Positions 36,702 to 45,923 of a stretch of 61,742 nt of DNA are shown here, in pieces. Positions within the stretch are counted from its first letter, which is position 1. The number at the start of each line of letters is the position of its first letter. Under the pieces are notes generated by a model. The model had not been told where the DNA came from and did no database searches. It worked only from the letters and a program-made list of their open reading frames with translations. The DNA is taken from positions 1 through 61,742 of the IMG/VR virus record IMGVR_UViG_3300042503_000814. One strand, 5' to 3'. A program made the translations under genes and the position numbers. The stretch comes from a virus. Lineage: Duplodnaviria; Caudoviricetes.

Positions 36702-38069
36702 TCAACTGAGATTGTCGCCGTTCTGACGCACGCTGCCGAAGCGCGCGGCGTTACCGCGGCGGTTCATTGTCACGGTCGGAGTAGCGTTGGCTGAAGGCAC
36801 TTGCATCTTTGGACTCCACGCCAACGCAGCTGGATCACCGGCCTCTGCCTTGGCTCGCAGACGCTTGAGGGCTTGGATGTGCGAACGCCATTCTGCTGGC
36901 GGGCCACCACCCTGCCGCGTGCCGTAGGTCGCACGCTCCCACTTGTTGATCTCGTTGTTAATCTTGTCTATCTGCGCCCTCTGGGGAGCGGCCGGTGCTA
37001 CAGGGTTCGCCTGCGCACTTCCCCGCGGCGTCGATGGCGGTGCCGCGCTTGGGACATCCGGCATGCCTTGGACTGCTGCCTGTGGGTTGTATGGAGTGCC
37101 TTGTGATGGCGGCTCAATGGGGCGGGCGGCACTTGGGGCTGGAGCAGGAGACTGGCGCTGCGGAGATGCTGGTCGGGGCGGGACGTTGACTACGGGGGCG
37201 AGCCGGATGGGTTCGCCAGGGGCGGAAGGGGCGTTGTAGTCTGGGCGAGCCGGGACGTTGACTGTCGGAGCCAGCCGGATTGGTTCTTCCTGCTGCTGAG
37301 CGCGCGGATCGTAGCTCTGCTGATTGAACGAAGGCTGCGGGACGTTCGCCTGCGGGCCAAAAGGATTCTGGAAGTCGCCCTGCATGTACTGCGTGGCGTT
37401 GCCCATCGCCCGCTGGACATCGGGGTTCTGCATGGCGTTCTGCTGCGAGAACGGGTTGTAGAACGAGCCGTTGGCAAGCTGGTCGTTAGCCTGCTGCATC
37501 AGCTGGCCTTGATCGAATGTCACTGGACCGGTTAGCTGGCCACCGCTGTACTGCCCGAGCCGCTGTGAGAGGTTGCCGACAAACGCCTCGCCTTGCCGCA
37601 GCGTGTCCTGCCACGGCATCTGGCTTCCATCAACGCCGGTTGCGCTAGCTTGGATCGGACCTGGGCGCTGATCGATGGCGTTGTATGCCATGTTGCCAGC
37701 GTTGCTCTGCCCGCCAGTCATCTGGCCGTACTGGCCGGTCGTCGGGTTATAGCCCTGAGAGGTGAACGTCCCGGGCATCGTAAACGACTGGGCCTGCGTG
37801 TTGCCGCCGTACTGCTTGGAGGCTTGGTTGTACGCCTGCGCCCAAATCTGGTTGGACGGCACCTGCCCCGAAAGGTCGTTCTGCTGCGCACCCTTGGGAG
37901 GAGTGCGAGGCACGTTGGACGAGTTGTACGCGGGCTGTGCGTACACGGACATGTCAGGAGCCTTGGTCGGGGATGGCTGCTGTGTTGGCTGAGTGCTAGC
38001 CTGCATGCTCGCTTGCGGCTTCGCTTGCTGCGAGGTCGGGTTGGACTGCGCGCGGTAGTTGAACGCCAT
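36702..38069 (-). CDS. Q/P-rich low-complexity late protein
   Basis: AGGAGG SD; EPIRLAP.VNVP twice. Confidence 0.7.
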   Translation of the reverse strand: MAFNYRAQSNPTSQQAKPQASMQASTQPTQQPSPTKAPDMSVYAQPAYNSSNVPRTPPKGAQQNDLSGQVPSNQIWAQAYNQASKQYGGNTQAQSFTMPGTFTSQGYNPTTGQYGQMTGGQSNAGNMAYNAIDQRPGPIQASATGVDGSQMPWQDTLRQGEAFVGNLSQRLGQYSGGQLTGPVTFDQGQLMQQANDQLANGSFYNPFSQQNAMQNPDVQRAMGNATQYMQGDFQNPFGPQANVPQPSFNQQSYDPRAQQQEEPIRLAPTVNVPARPDYNAPSAPGEPIRLAPVVNVPPRPASPQRQSPAPAPSAARPIEPPSQGTPYNPQAAVQGMPDVPSAAPPSTPRGSAQANPVAPAAPQRAQIDKINNEINKWERATYGTRQGGGPPAEWRSHIQALKRLRAKAEAGDPAALAWSPKMQVPSANATPTVTMNRRGNAARFGSVRQNGDNLS

Positions 38070-38224
38070 TACCGATCCTCCTGCTGAGTGGTCATGCCGT
38101 CCGTGCCCACGCCCGTGCCGTAGTACATGCGAAGGCGTTCAGCATCGTCCTGCGGGAGATTGCGGATCTCAGCGATTAGCTGGCGCAGGAAGTCCAGGTT
38201 CTGGATTGCTGGTGGTTGATCCAT
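38069..38224 (-). CDS. 51-aa protein MDQPPAIQNLDFLRQLIAEIR...
   Basis: Not in ORF track; TAATG coupling to next gene. Confidence 0.6.
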   Translation of the reverse strand: MDQPPAIQNLDFLRQLIAEIRNLPQDDAERLRMYYGTGVGTDGMTTQQEDR

Positions 38225-38228
38225 CTAG

Positions 38229-38262
38229 AAAACGGGGCCAGGATGTTTCCACCCTGGCCCCG
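38229..38262 (-). terminator. Intrinsic terminator after capsid/decoration genes
   Basis: CGGGGCCAGG/CCTGGCCCCG stem followed by TTTTCT. Confidence 0.7.
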
Positions 38263-38288
38263 CCCCCGAAAGCCCGTGAAGGGCAGTA

Positions 38289-38906
38289 TTACGAAGCCCG
38301 AGTCCGAATCAGAGCGAGAACGGCCGAGCCGGTCGTCGCACCGGCACTCGCCGCATAACCGATGACACCGATGCCGTTGTCGTTGGCACCAGCGGTGCTG
38401 GACGACAGCGGGGACACCGTGACGCGGCCAGCCGTGGTTGATGTGCTGGCTGCAGCAGTCACCACCGACAGAGCCGAGCGGACGGCAACGTCCGAACCGG
38501 AGAGAGCAACCGACACTTCGGTCGGGCCATCAACCGTCACCCAGAACACATCGTTGTTGGCAACGCCACCGGCCGGGAGGAACTCGTCCACCACACCAAC
38601 GAGCGCCTCGTTGGTCACCGAAGCGTAGCCATCAGCCGCGCCGTAAAGCGCCTTGCCCGTGCCCGCCAGACGAACAACTCGCTTGGGCAGCAAGGCCGCA
38701 CCCGAGGTGTTACGAACAGCGATGCAGACCTTGCGACGATTGCTGCGGACCTGACCGTTGACGGGGTTCACATCCGTGAACTCCTTCACACAGCCCACCC
38801 AGTTGTCGCCGTACGAGCCAGACGAGAGGCCGTACAAACTATCATTGACACCATCCAGGCCAAGCGTCTGGCCCAGACCGAACGGAGGATCAGCTTGCAG
38901 TCCCAT
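38289..38906 (-). CDS. Capsid decoration/cement-like protein
   Basis: Directly after MCP; GVVDE, FWV.V.GP. Confidence 0.65.
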   Translation of the reverse strand: MGLQADPPFGLGQTLGLDGVNDSLYGLSSGSYGDNWVGCVKEFTDVNPVNGQVRSNRRKVCIAVRNTSGAALLPKRVVRLAGTGKALYGAADGYASVTNEALVGVVDEFLPAGGVANNDVFWVTVDGPTEVSVALSGSDVAVRSALSVVTAAASTSTTAGRVTVSPLSSSTAGANDNGIGVIGYAASAGATTGSAVLALIRTRAS

Positions 38907-38924
38907 TTTGACTATAGTCCTTTC

Positions 38925-40046
38925 TCAGGCGGTGATGATTTTGAAGAAGTTACGCGGCGACTTGAACTTCAAGTTGCCGAGCGTCGAAACAACGTAGCGA
39001 TACTGCTGGGTGATTTCGTCATAGAACGGACCTTCTGAATTCATCAGCTGGCCTTCCATGCAGAGCAGTTCAATGTTGCCCACAGACAGGCCATAGCCGG
39101 TGCCCGCAGGAACAGAACCTTCGCTCGCGATTTCCACCCCGTCCAGTTCAAACACATCGGTGAAACCATAGGATCGCAGGCCGTTAGTACGGCTGACAAT
39201 CACACGCTCCTTGGAGTCCAGCGTGTTGAGGAAGTCGATGTAGCTGCGTCGATCAAACAGCAGCATGTCAACTTGATCGTCCTTGCTATCGTTCCGGCGG
39301 GTCTGATGAATCGCCTCGCGAACAGCCTTCACGCAGTTGGCGGACCAAGTGTTCCCGGTCGCATTGAAGTAGGTGCTAAGACCCTGGACAATCACAGGCG
39401 TGAAGAAATCAAACTCAGGATCGGCCGAGCCGTTGGGCCAGACGCCCGTCGTCTGCGAACCGCCGTACGCACCCAGGACGGTCGAAAGACCGGCGTAGGT
39501 ATCGGACGGTGCGTAGAACGGGTCAGCATCGTTGCGAGCGCGAGCCGCGCCGGTGGAGATGTTGATCGTCTGCGGCGTAGCGGCCAAGCCCATGAAACTT
39601 TCGATGCCGTGGAAGCGGAGTTCGTTGCCCGCAGCATAGCCGTCGATTGTCCATTCCTTTGCAAGGTACTGCTCCATGCTAGTAAGCAGGCGGCTCGCCA
39701 TCTTACCAGCCACGTTTACAAGCGCCTGAGCCGAACGGTTCTCAAGCATCTCCTTCTTGTAAATCGCGTCGGAAGCCTGCGCACCGCGGAATTCAAGCTC
39801 CGCTCGCTTCCAGAGGTTCTGGCGAGCGAAGGTCCGCGGCGTCTCACCATTGTTGCCCGATGGCGTGTGATTTCTGTACTGGATTTCCCAATCGAAACCC
39901 CTGCCTGACATGTTGGTGCGGATCTGGCCCGAGCCTTCCAGAGCGGCAAACAACTTGTACTTACGAAGCGATGCTACTTCTTCTTCCCGAAGATGGTTTA
40001 CAATGGTCGTAGCAATAGACCTTGCCCAGTCAGTCGAACTGCTCAT
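38925..40046 (-). CDS. Major capsid protein
   Basis: 373 aa after scaffold; sequence pattern consistent with podovirus MCP. Confidence 0.8.
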   Translation of the reverse strand: MSSSTDWARSIATTIVNHLREEEVASLRKYKLFAALEGSGQIRTNMSGRGFDWEIQYRNHTPSGNNGETPRTFARQNLWKRAELEFRGAQASDAIYKKEMLENRSAQALVNVAGKMASRLLTSMEQYLAKEWTIDGYAAGNELRFHGIESFMGLAATPQTINISTGAARARNDADPFYAPSDTYAGLSTVLGAYGGSQTTGVWPNGSADPEFDFFTPVIVQGLSTYFNATGNTWSANCVKAVREAIHQTRRNDSKDDQVDMLLFDRRSYIDFLNTLDSKERVIVSRTNGLRSYGFTDVFELDGVEIASEGSVPAGTGYGLSVGNIELLCMEGQLMNSEGPFYDEITQQYRYVVSTLGNLKFKSPRNFFKIITA

Positions 40047-41062
40047 CAGATAACTCCATCGTTAGCGAGTTGGCTTTTCAGCCGGTCCTCAAAACTCATC
40101 CGCGCGCGCGGTGCCCGCGGTTCCGTAGTTCCTGCACTTCGATTCGGAGTGCGTGTTGCGCGCTCGCGAAGGAACTGCATGTTCTGTTCTGCAACGGGGT
40201 CGGCCTGGGGGACAGGAGGGGCAGGGGGGGCCATCTGAGGCTGAGCCTGCATCTGCTGCATCTGCTGATAGCGCATGTTCAACAGGTCGCGCTGCAGCAT
40301 GCCGGTCGCGTACTTCCAGCGGTCATTGGCCGACTGGATGCCAAGCTGCTGTGCTTGGGCGATGTACTGCGAGATCGCCTGACCTTCCCGGGTGGGATTG
40401 CCCTGCTGGTCGTAGAGCCAGTCGGCGTTCTGACGCTCCAGATCCTGCACGTAGTTCTGCGTCTGGTACTGGCTGAGATGGTTCTGCACCATCTCCTGAG
40501 CCTTCTGGATCGCGACCTGCTCAACGAAGGGCTTGAGCGTGTTCTCGGGATCGGTCACCAGCTTGCGGGCGAAGTCCGCCGTGTAGCTCTGGTATTCCCT
40601 GAGAGCCTGCTGGGCCTCATAGGGAGCGTCCTGCGAGATCACTTCCTTGCCCGTGGCCGGGTCGCGGACGATGTAGCTCTTCCACGTATCCTTGACCTGC
40701 GGCGGCGACCACCACTTCGGAGCTTCGGGTTCCTTCGGCTTGGCAGCTTCGGCCTGAGACTTCTGCCACTGCTGGTATGCCGCCTTGTTGCGGATGTAGT
40801 CAGTGGTGTCAGGAATCAACGACTGGAACTGCTGCAGCTGCCGCTGGGTTTCCCCGTAGCCGTTGTAGGCCCGATAGAGGTTCTGGGCGATTGAGAGATC
40901 GTCCTGACCCTGGAAGTCCGGCAGGTGCCGGAAAGCAGAGTAGGGGGTATCAAAGCCGGGAGTAGAAGTCTCGGAACCGGCCGTATCCTGCGAGGGCGCA
41001 TCGTAGCTTGTCTCAGCTACGGGAGCTTCCTGCGTCTGGATGTCTGGTGTTTCGTCTGACAT
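40046..41062 (-). CDS. Scaffolding protein
   Basis: Acidic N-terminus, Q-rich helices, directly upstream of MCP; ends SFEDRLKSQLANDGVI. Confidence 0.7.
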   Translation of the reverse strand: MSDETPDIQTQEAPVAETSYDAPSQDTAGSETSTPGFDTPYSAFRHLPDFQGQDDLSIAQNLYRAYNGYGETQRQLQQFQSLIPDTTDYIRNKAAYQQWQKSQAEAAKPKEPEAPKWWSPPQVKDTWKSYIVRDPATGKEVISQDAPYEAQQALREYQSYTADFARKLVTDPENTLKPFVEQVAIQKAQEMVQNHLSQYQTQNYVQDLERQNADWLYDQQGNPTREGQAISQYIAQAQQLGIQSANDRWKYATGMLQRDLLNMRYQQMQQMQAQPQMAPPAPPVPQADPVAEQNMQFLRERATRTPNRSAGTTEPRAPRARMSFEDRLKSQLANDGVI

Positions 41063-41083
41063 GTATTTCCTTTCGGGGGAGGG

Positions 41084-41101
41084 TCTACATAGTCAGTGTC
41101 C
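41084..41101 (-). promoter_or_regulatory. Late-promoter-like motif GGACACTGACTATGTAGA
   Basis: Intergenic, upstream of scaffold. Confidence 0.6.
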
Positions 41102-41138
41102 TGTTTCTCCTATTTTGTTACGGGGTAGGGACTTATTG

Positions 41139-41384
41139 TTAGCGCGGTGCAGCCGGGATGTACATCCAGTGCGTGAAACTGCTCAGAGATTGGTTGAGGT
41201 CACCGCCCCAGTCCACCGATTGCCCGTCACGCTTGCCGACCACAAACGGGTGCAACTCGTCGGCATCGTCGTACCACAACACCAACTTGCCATTGGGTGG
41301 AAGTTCTTGGCCCACCTTAACCCATTGCTCTTCTTCGCACCTGCAATCGTCCGTACCAGCAGAGTCGCAGCATCTGTTTTGCAT
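41139..41384 (-). CDS. DUF551-like protein
   Basis: W.KV..ELP...VL...THWM..P. Confidence 0.7.
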   Translation of the reverse strand: MQNRCCDSAGTDDCRCEEEQWVKVGQELPPNGKLVLWYDDADELHPFVVGKRDGQSVDWGGDLNQSLSSFTHWMYIPAAPR

Positions 41385-41439
41385 AGCAATAGGCTCCTTA
41401 GTGGGGCGCCATTCTATCTGCGCTGCCGCGGGGGCGCAA

Positions 41440-42306
41440 TTAGTTATTTTGCCCGGGAGCAGTTTGCCCGCTTGCGGCACCAGCGGCAAGCGGGGCCATC
41501 AACCCGTACTTGCGCAGGATGCGGATCTGGTCTTCGGTGCCGGGGAACATCACGTAGTTGCGAGAACCAGAGCCAGCGGAACGGGACACGCCGTCCAGGT
41601 ATTTCAGTCCTGGAATTCCAGCATCTCTTAACTCCGCTGCCCCGGCAGGATCTTGCGCTAGCTTTTGTAATGCCCTTTCAACGCGGTCGATGTCGGTGCC
41701 ATACGCTGGCTTAGCGTATTCGCCTGGTCGCACGCGGCGAATGAAGTCTAGGGAGCTTTGGTCGATGTCCCTTGGGCTGACCGCACGCAGAACTTCAGCC
41801 GCTTTAGCTCCGACACCACCCGCGGGGGCGGTCGGTCGGTCCCAATTGAGTAGGGCTTCTTCTGGATGCGCTATCTCCACTTCGTACACCTTGCCGGGGA
41901 CTTTTGTTGCCTCGTCGGCGCGGCGGCGAACATCAGAGAACGCTGCAGAGGCTTTCTCTAGTTGACTTTGGAAAGGGTTGTCCTCTAGCAACCGACCCGG
42001 ATTCAGCCGCCTCCATTCGCCTTCCTTTGTTGAGGTCGTCAGAAAGTCTTGGTACACCTGGGCGTATTCGTCTGAGAGCGGCCACGGAAGCGGTATTTCC
42101 TCGTCGGCAGACAAGATATCTCTGTAGTGTTGGGCAACGCCCTCGTCGCCTGCAAAGTACAATCCATGCCCGTACGCCTGCAGCCCCTCGCCAGTGCCGA
42201 TCTTGCTGGCATCGAACTTGTTGAAGTCATACGGGCTACCGTGATAGGCGCGGATGACTTGGCGGATCGCATCGCCGGATGCGTCTAGCTGGCTGGGCGT
42301 GGGCAT
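41440..42306 (-). CDS. Stand-alone ADP-ribosyltransferase-like protein (ART-PolyVal-like)
   Basis: AYHGSP.DF.KFD..KIGTGEG.QAYG.GLYFA, VYEV, GI.G.KYLD...RNYV.F. Confidence 0.65.
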   Translation of the reverse strand: MPTPSQLDASGDAIRQVIRAYHGSPYDFNKFDASKIGTGEGLQAYGHGLYFAGDEGVAQHYRDILSADEEIPLPWPLSDEYAQVYQDFLTTSTKEGEWRRLNPGRLLEDNPFQSQLEKASAAFSDVRRRADEATKVPGKVYEVEIAHPEEALLNWDRPTAPAGGVGAKAAEVLRAVSPRDIDQSSLDFIRRVRPGEYAKPAYGTDIDRVERALQKLAQDPAGAAELRDAGIPGLKYLDGVSRSAGSGSRNYVMFPGTEDQIRILRKYGLMAPLAAGAASGQTAPGQNN

Positions 42307-43181
42307 CAGTATTGCCTTATGTAGTCGCCGGGGCGGGTGTTGTAGTCGGCCTGTGGTGACGGAGCGAGTTCTGGGATCAGATTCGATAGCAGGGGGATGC
42401 CGTAAGCAGGCGAGATCAGTGCTTGGCCAGTGCCGAACTCAGTGAGCAGTGCCCCGAGAGCGCTCTTGCCTGCACGGGCCGCGCGGACTGCGTGCCCCAA
42501 GCCGTTCAACGGATCCAGAACAGAATCCATCCCAGTGCCCAGAATCATCGCAGCGGTCTTCGGCACACCGGCAGCATGGAGAGAATCAGAAGCTGACAGC
42601 TGGAGATCCGCGGCCTGTTGCTGGGAGACTCCTGAGACGATGTCATCCCAGGCTGCGGGGGCGATGTTCGCAGGTCGCTGGCCGCGCATCTGCCTCGCTT
42701 GTTCCGCCACATCCACAACTGTCGGAGTTCCCTTGGGGACCATCCCCGCCGCCTCGGCTCCATAGAGGGTGGCAGTGTTGAGGGCGCTGTCGAACTGCTT
42801 CTTAGCGTTGGGGTAGGGATTGCCTTCGGGATCTACCCAGTTAGCGAGACGTTGACTGCTCGCCACGGCCATCTGGGGCACGGCGCTGAACGCTGCCGCC
42901 GCGTTGTACAAGGGTGCGCCGGGAGCCAATACTCCTCGCCAATGGTAGGGCGACTTGAGCGAATCCAACTCACCGCGCTCATAGCTACCTATCTCTGACG
43001 CTATCCGCGGATCGATCTTGGCTCTGTCTGCTGGCGTGGGGTGGAGAGTAGCAAGACGCTGAAGCAACTTCTCCTGGCGTTGCTTGTCGGCCCACTCCTT
43101 CTGCGAGTCCATTTCGTAGCCAGCTACGCTACGCGCCAACCGGCCGGGAAGGTTGTAGAGGGAGTCTAATGGCTCAGCCAT
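42306..43181 (-). CDS. Hypothetical late protein (possible internal protein)
   Basis: AAGGA SD; LDPL motif as in ejection proteins. Confidence 0.7.
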   Translation of the reverse strand: MAEPLDSLYNLPGRLARSVAGYEMDSQKEWADKQRQEKLLQRLATLHPTPADRAKIDPRIASEIGSYERGELDSLKSPYHWRGVLAPGAPLYNAAAAFSAVPQMAVASSQRLANWVDPEGNPYPNAKKQFDSALNTATLYGAEAAGMVPKGTPTVVDVAEQARQMRGQRPANIAPAAWDDIVSGVSQQQAADLQLSASDSLHAAGVPKTAAMILGTGMDSVLDPLNGLGHAVRAARAGKSALGALLTEFGTGQALISPAYGIPLLSNLIPELAPSPQADYNTRPGDYIRQY

Positions 43182-43190
43182 GCGTATCCT

Positions 43191-43445
43191 TTACCACTTA
43201 ACTTTGTCAGCCCAGTACGCCGCAGACATCTTGCCCTTGGCGATGTTGCTGGCATGGCGGGCTTTGAACGCCTCGTTCCGCGCAGACCCATCCGGGGAAC
43301 CCTGCACACCCTGCTGGCCGAAGCGGATCAACCGCTCCTCGTCACCTGACTTGGCCAATACCATGTGCGACTTATCCGGGTGATTGGGAGTCCGCACAGG
43401 ACGATTGGGCAGTAACTGCCGCACGCGGTCGCCGTCGCTATCCAT
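43191..43445 (-). CDS. DUF5754-like small basic protein
   Basis: KSH.V, IRFG, FKARH, SAAYW...W; begins MDSDGDRVRQLL. Confidence 0.75.
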   Translation of the reverse strand: MDSDGDRVRQLLPNRPVRTPNHPDKSHMVLAKSGDEERLIRFGQQGVQGSPDGSARNEAFKARHASNIAKGKMSAAYWADKVKW

Positions 43446-43483
43446 CATTCGCACCAGTCGTCGTCAAAGAGGAAGTCAAACAT
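43445..43483 (-). CDS. 12-aa linker mini-ORF MFDFLFDDDWCE
   Basis: Overlaps upstream stop and TGATG-couples to downstream start. Confidence 0.35.
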   Translation of the reverse strand: MFDFLFDDDWCE

Positions 43484-44129
43484 CTTCCCACCGGCCGTTG
43501 ACAAGCCTGCGAGTAGTAACACCCGTTTGTAACTGCTTCTGGAGGATGCGATCCTTCTCCCGCTCCCTTTGTTCCATGGCCAGCCGCTGAAGGAGAGCCT
43601 CTTGGCGCATAGCTTCCATTTCCATCTCATGTGCCATCCGGCGCTGCTCGCGCATCTGCGCCACGCGGGAGTCGTTCTCGTCTTGGATGGCACCCGTGAC
43701 ATCGCTGATCATGCCGCCCAGGTGCCTTGCCTGCGCGGAGGACACCTGTTGCGCCATAAGGGCTGGATTCATAGGTTGGCTCTGGGAGTAGGGCTGCATG
43801 TTGAACGGGCGTCTAGCGTCCTGCTGGGGGGCTTCTTGGGCATTTGGCTGCGCGGCAGGTTGTGGTGCAGCTTGGGACTGGAAGGGATTGCGCCCTTGGC
43901 TCTTGCGGGCGTTGCGAGCGATGAGGAGTCTTTGAGCCTCGGCGCGCACTGCTGGGTCTGAGCTTTTCAGACGCTCTTGGATGTCAGCATCAAACTCAGC
44001 TTCTTCGCCCCACCAACTAGCATCTGCTGACAGGCCATCGCTGGCCGTCCGCCCTTTGCCAAATGCCCCTGGTGCGGAGCGGCGAAACAGCCGCTGCTGT
44101 TCTCCAAACCATCCTGGTAAGTCGGCCAT
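43476..44129 (-). CDS. First late gene, coiled-coil hypothetical protein
   Basis: AGGAGG SD; MADLPGWFG start. Confidence 0.7.
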   Translation of the reverse strand: MADLPGWFGEQQRLFRRSAPGAFGKGRTASDGLSADASWWGEEAEFDADIQERLKSSDPAVRAEAQRLLIARNARKSQGRNPFQSQAAPQPAAQPNAQEAPQQDARRPFNMQPYSQSQPMNPALMAQQVSSAQARHLGGMISDVTGAIQDENDSRVAQMREQRRMAHEMEMEAMRQEALLQRLAMEQREREKDRILQKQLQTGVTTRRLVNGRWEDV

Positions 44130-44138
44130 CGATGCCCT

Positions 44139-44156
44139 CCTACTAGGCAAGTGCCC
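44139..44156 (-). promoter_or_regulatory. Late-promoter-like motif GGGCACTTGCCTAGTAGG
   Basis: At head of the morphogenesis operon. Confidence 0.55.
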
Positions 44157-44430
44157 CGCGGCGACAGCGGACACGCAGAGGGCTGGAAAACAGGGCAGGC
44201 TGGCTGGCGACACGCGGCGTTTTCGGGTTTCGCGAAACTGGGATGTGTCGTCGGAGAGGGGAAAAAGCGACATGTGGGGGCTAGGGGAGGGAAAAAATCC
44301 AGGGGTGGATATGACAATAATCCGCTCTCGGCCTGGGGGGGAACGGGGGGTCTTCGGCTTGTCGCCTACCCTTTCCCCCTCGTTCTAAACCGTTGCCCCG
44401 CCAGCACTTAGGGCATTCGCTCCGATTACG

Positions 44431-44577
44431 CACGGGAATCACGGGAATCATCACCAAGTTGATCAACATTGTTTTTCTCCGGGGCCGGTCTGGCATGCAT
44501 CGCCCCTATCCACCCGTACACTATCCCTCTCTTGCAATCCCGTTGCATATCATCCTGGCTGTTCACCCGTACACTAT
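44431..44577. repeat. Direct repeats CACGGGAAT x2 and CACCCGTACACTAT x2
   Basis: 44431-44448; 44511-44524 and 44564-44577. Confidence 0.8.
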
Positions 44578-44588
44578 TCCGGCGGTTC

Positions 44589-44628
44589 AACAAAATAGCC
44601 CCCGGGGAAACTACTCCCCGGGGGCTAT
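44589..44628 (-). terminator. Strong intrinsic terminator
   Basis: Perfect 14-bp stem ATAGCCCCCGGGGA/TCCCCGGGGGCTAT followed by TTTGTT on minus strand. Confidence 0.8.
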
Positions 44629-44654
44629 ACGCTTGTCCGCTACTGTACGGCGGT

Positions 44655-45656
44655 CTACCTTCCCGCGTAGTATTCCCGCAACGCTTCGCGGTACGCTTCA
44701 ACGTCGCCCGCTACCGCCTGCCCCCGTACCGTTTCCCGTAGGGTGGTGATGTGCCCCCGCTGCTCTGGTGTCCACGGTTCCGGGTTTGGAGTCTGGGCCG
44801 GTGTGAAGCGGTCCCGCTCCGTTCCAGCGTCTAGTGCCCCCGCGACGAATGTCCGGGGGTATTCCACGCGGCTGGTGCTGGACACCATACGGTAGGCCGT
44901 TTCAGTCTCTGCCAGTTCCTCACACCCGCCATCCGGCACCCACCTACCGTCTACCCTCTTGCCAGTGTAGAAGAGAAAGTTAGTGGTGGACACCGGTACA
45001 CTTTTCATCCGTCCATCCGTTTCAACGTGTGCCACGCCCCCGGACACTGCCACGCCTTCCATCACTACCTCTGCCATCGGCTCACCCACAATGGCGGCTC
45101 TGGCGGTAGCGTGTGAGACTGTACGGGTTTCCAGCGTCGGCCTACCCGCCCCCGGACGACGGCCCCGGATGCCGTTCCGGCTAGCCTCTTCCACTGCCAT
45201 TGCCAGCGTAGCGGGGGAAGGGGCCGATAGGCTCATACTGGCGACGTAAGAGCGGTAGCGGCGCGTTGCTTTGCGTGATCCCGTGGCGGTCTGGCGGTCC
45301 CTCCAATGCATCTTCTTCAAACGGCCCCGGACGATATGCAACGCTCGCATCCGATCGCCATATCCTACGCCCATTTCCTGCCACTGGGCGGGTGTGATCG
45401 TCCAAAGTAGCCAACGGAACAAGGCTACCGCCTCTTCAATCTCCCCGGGGCCGAAAGTACGGCCATCCTGCCCCCCCATATCCCAGCGGAATGATCGCTC
45501 AGCGTACCCGTCCACCGCCTGCCAGACTTCCAATGTATCCCCGAAACACTTTGGGGAGAACGGTTCAACCGGTCCGGGCTTCCCCGGAATGATGGGGCAA
45601 GACTGTGCATAGGTGGAACGGATATCACGGCGGGTGGTTTTCAGACTCTTGATCAT
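44655..45656 (-). CDS. Orphan protein divergent from early array
   Basis: GGAG SD, 333 aa, own terminator. Confidence 0.65.
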   Translation of the reverse strand: MIKSLKTTRRDIRSTYAQSCPIIPGKPGPVEPFSPKCFGDTLEVWQAVDGYAERSFRWDMGGQDGRTFGPGEIEEAVALFRWLLWTITPAQWQEMGVGYGDRMRALHIVRGRLKKMHWRDRQTATGSRKATRRYRSYVASMSLSAPSPATLAMAVEEASRNGIRGRRPGAGRPTLETRTVSHATARAAIVGEPMAEVVMEGVAVSGGVAHVETDGRMKSVPVSTTNFLFYTGKRVDGRWVPDGGCEELAETETAYRMVSSTSRVEYPRTFVAGALDAGTERDRFTPAQTPNPEPWTPEQRGHITTLRETVRGQAVAGDVEAYREALREYYAGR

Positions 45657-45740
45657 GACTGTCTCTCCGTTGGTTACGTTGGCCAGTATCTGCTGGCCAC
45701 GGTTGAAATGTATCACTTACTATCGGCCGGGGGAAGGGTG

Positions 45741-45810
45741 TAACCAAAATTCTTTTTGGTTATTAACCGCTGCCAGTGTCTAGGTGGTGTAATCGCGGCC
45801 AACGCCGCGA
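45741..45810 (+). promoter_or_regulatory. Hairpin-box-hairpin unit 1
   Basis: TAACCAAAA/TTTTGGTTA stem + TTAACCGCTGCCAgtGTCTAG + TCGCGGC/GCCGCG. Confidence 0.55.
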
Positions 45811-45923
45811 CAACTCAAAACGACAACGATTCTACTATCTGTCATAACTGGCAGATGGCAGCAGCAGTTGTCACATTTTCGATTCGCCCAGGTTACACTG
45901 GGCCGTACTAGGTTGGCGGGCAG

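Noticed and set aside
36677-36705. TTGACG-N17-TAAAAC sigma70 promoter before the glycosyltransferase
   Set aside because: The -10 lacks the conserved final T; plausible but too weak to call
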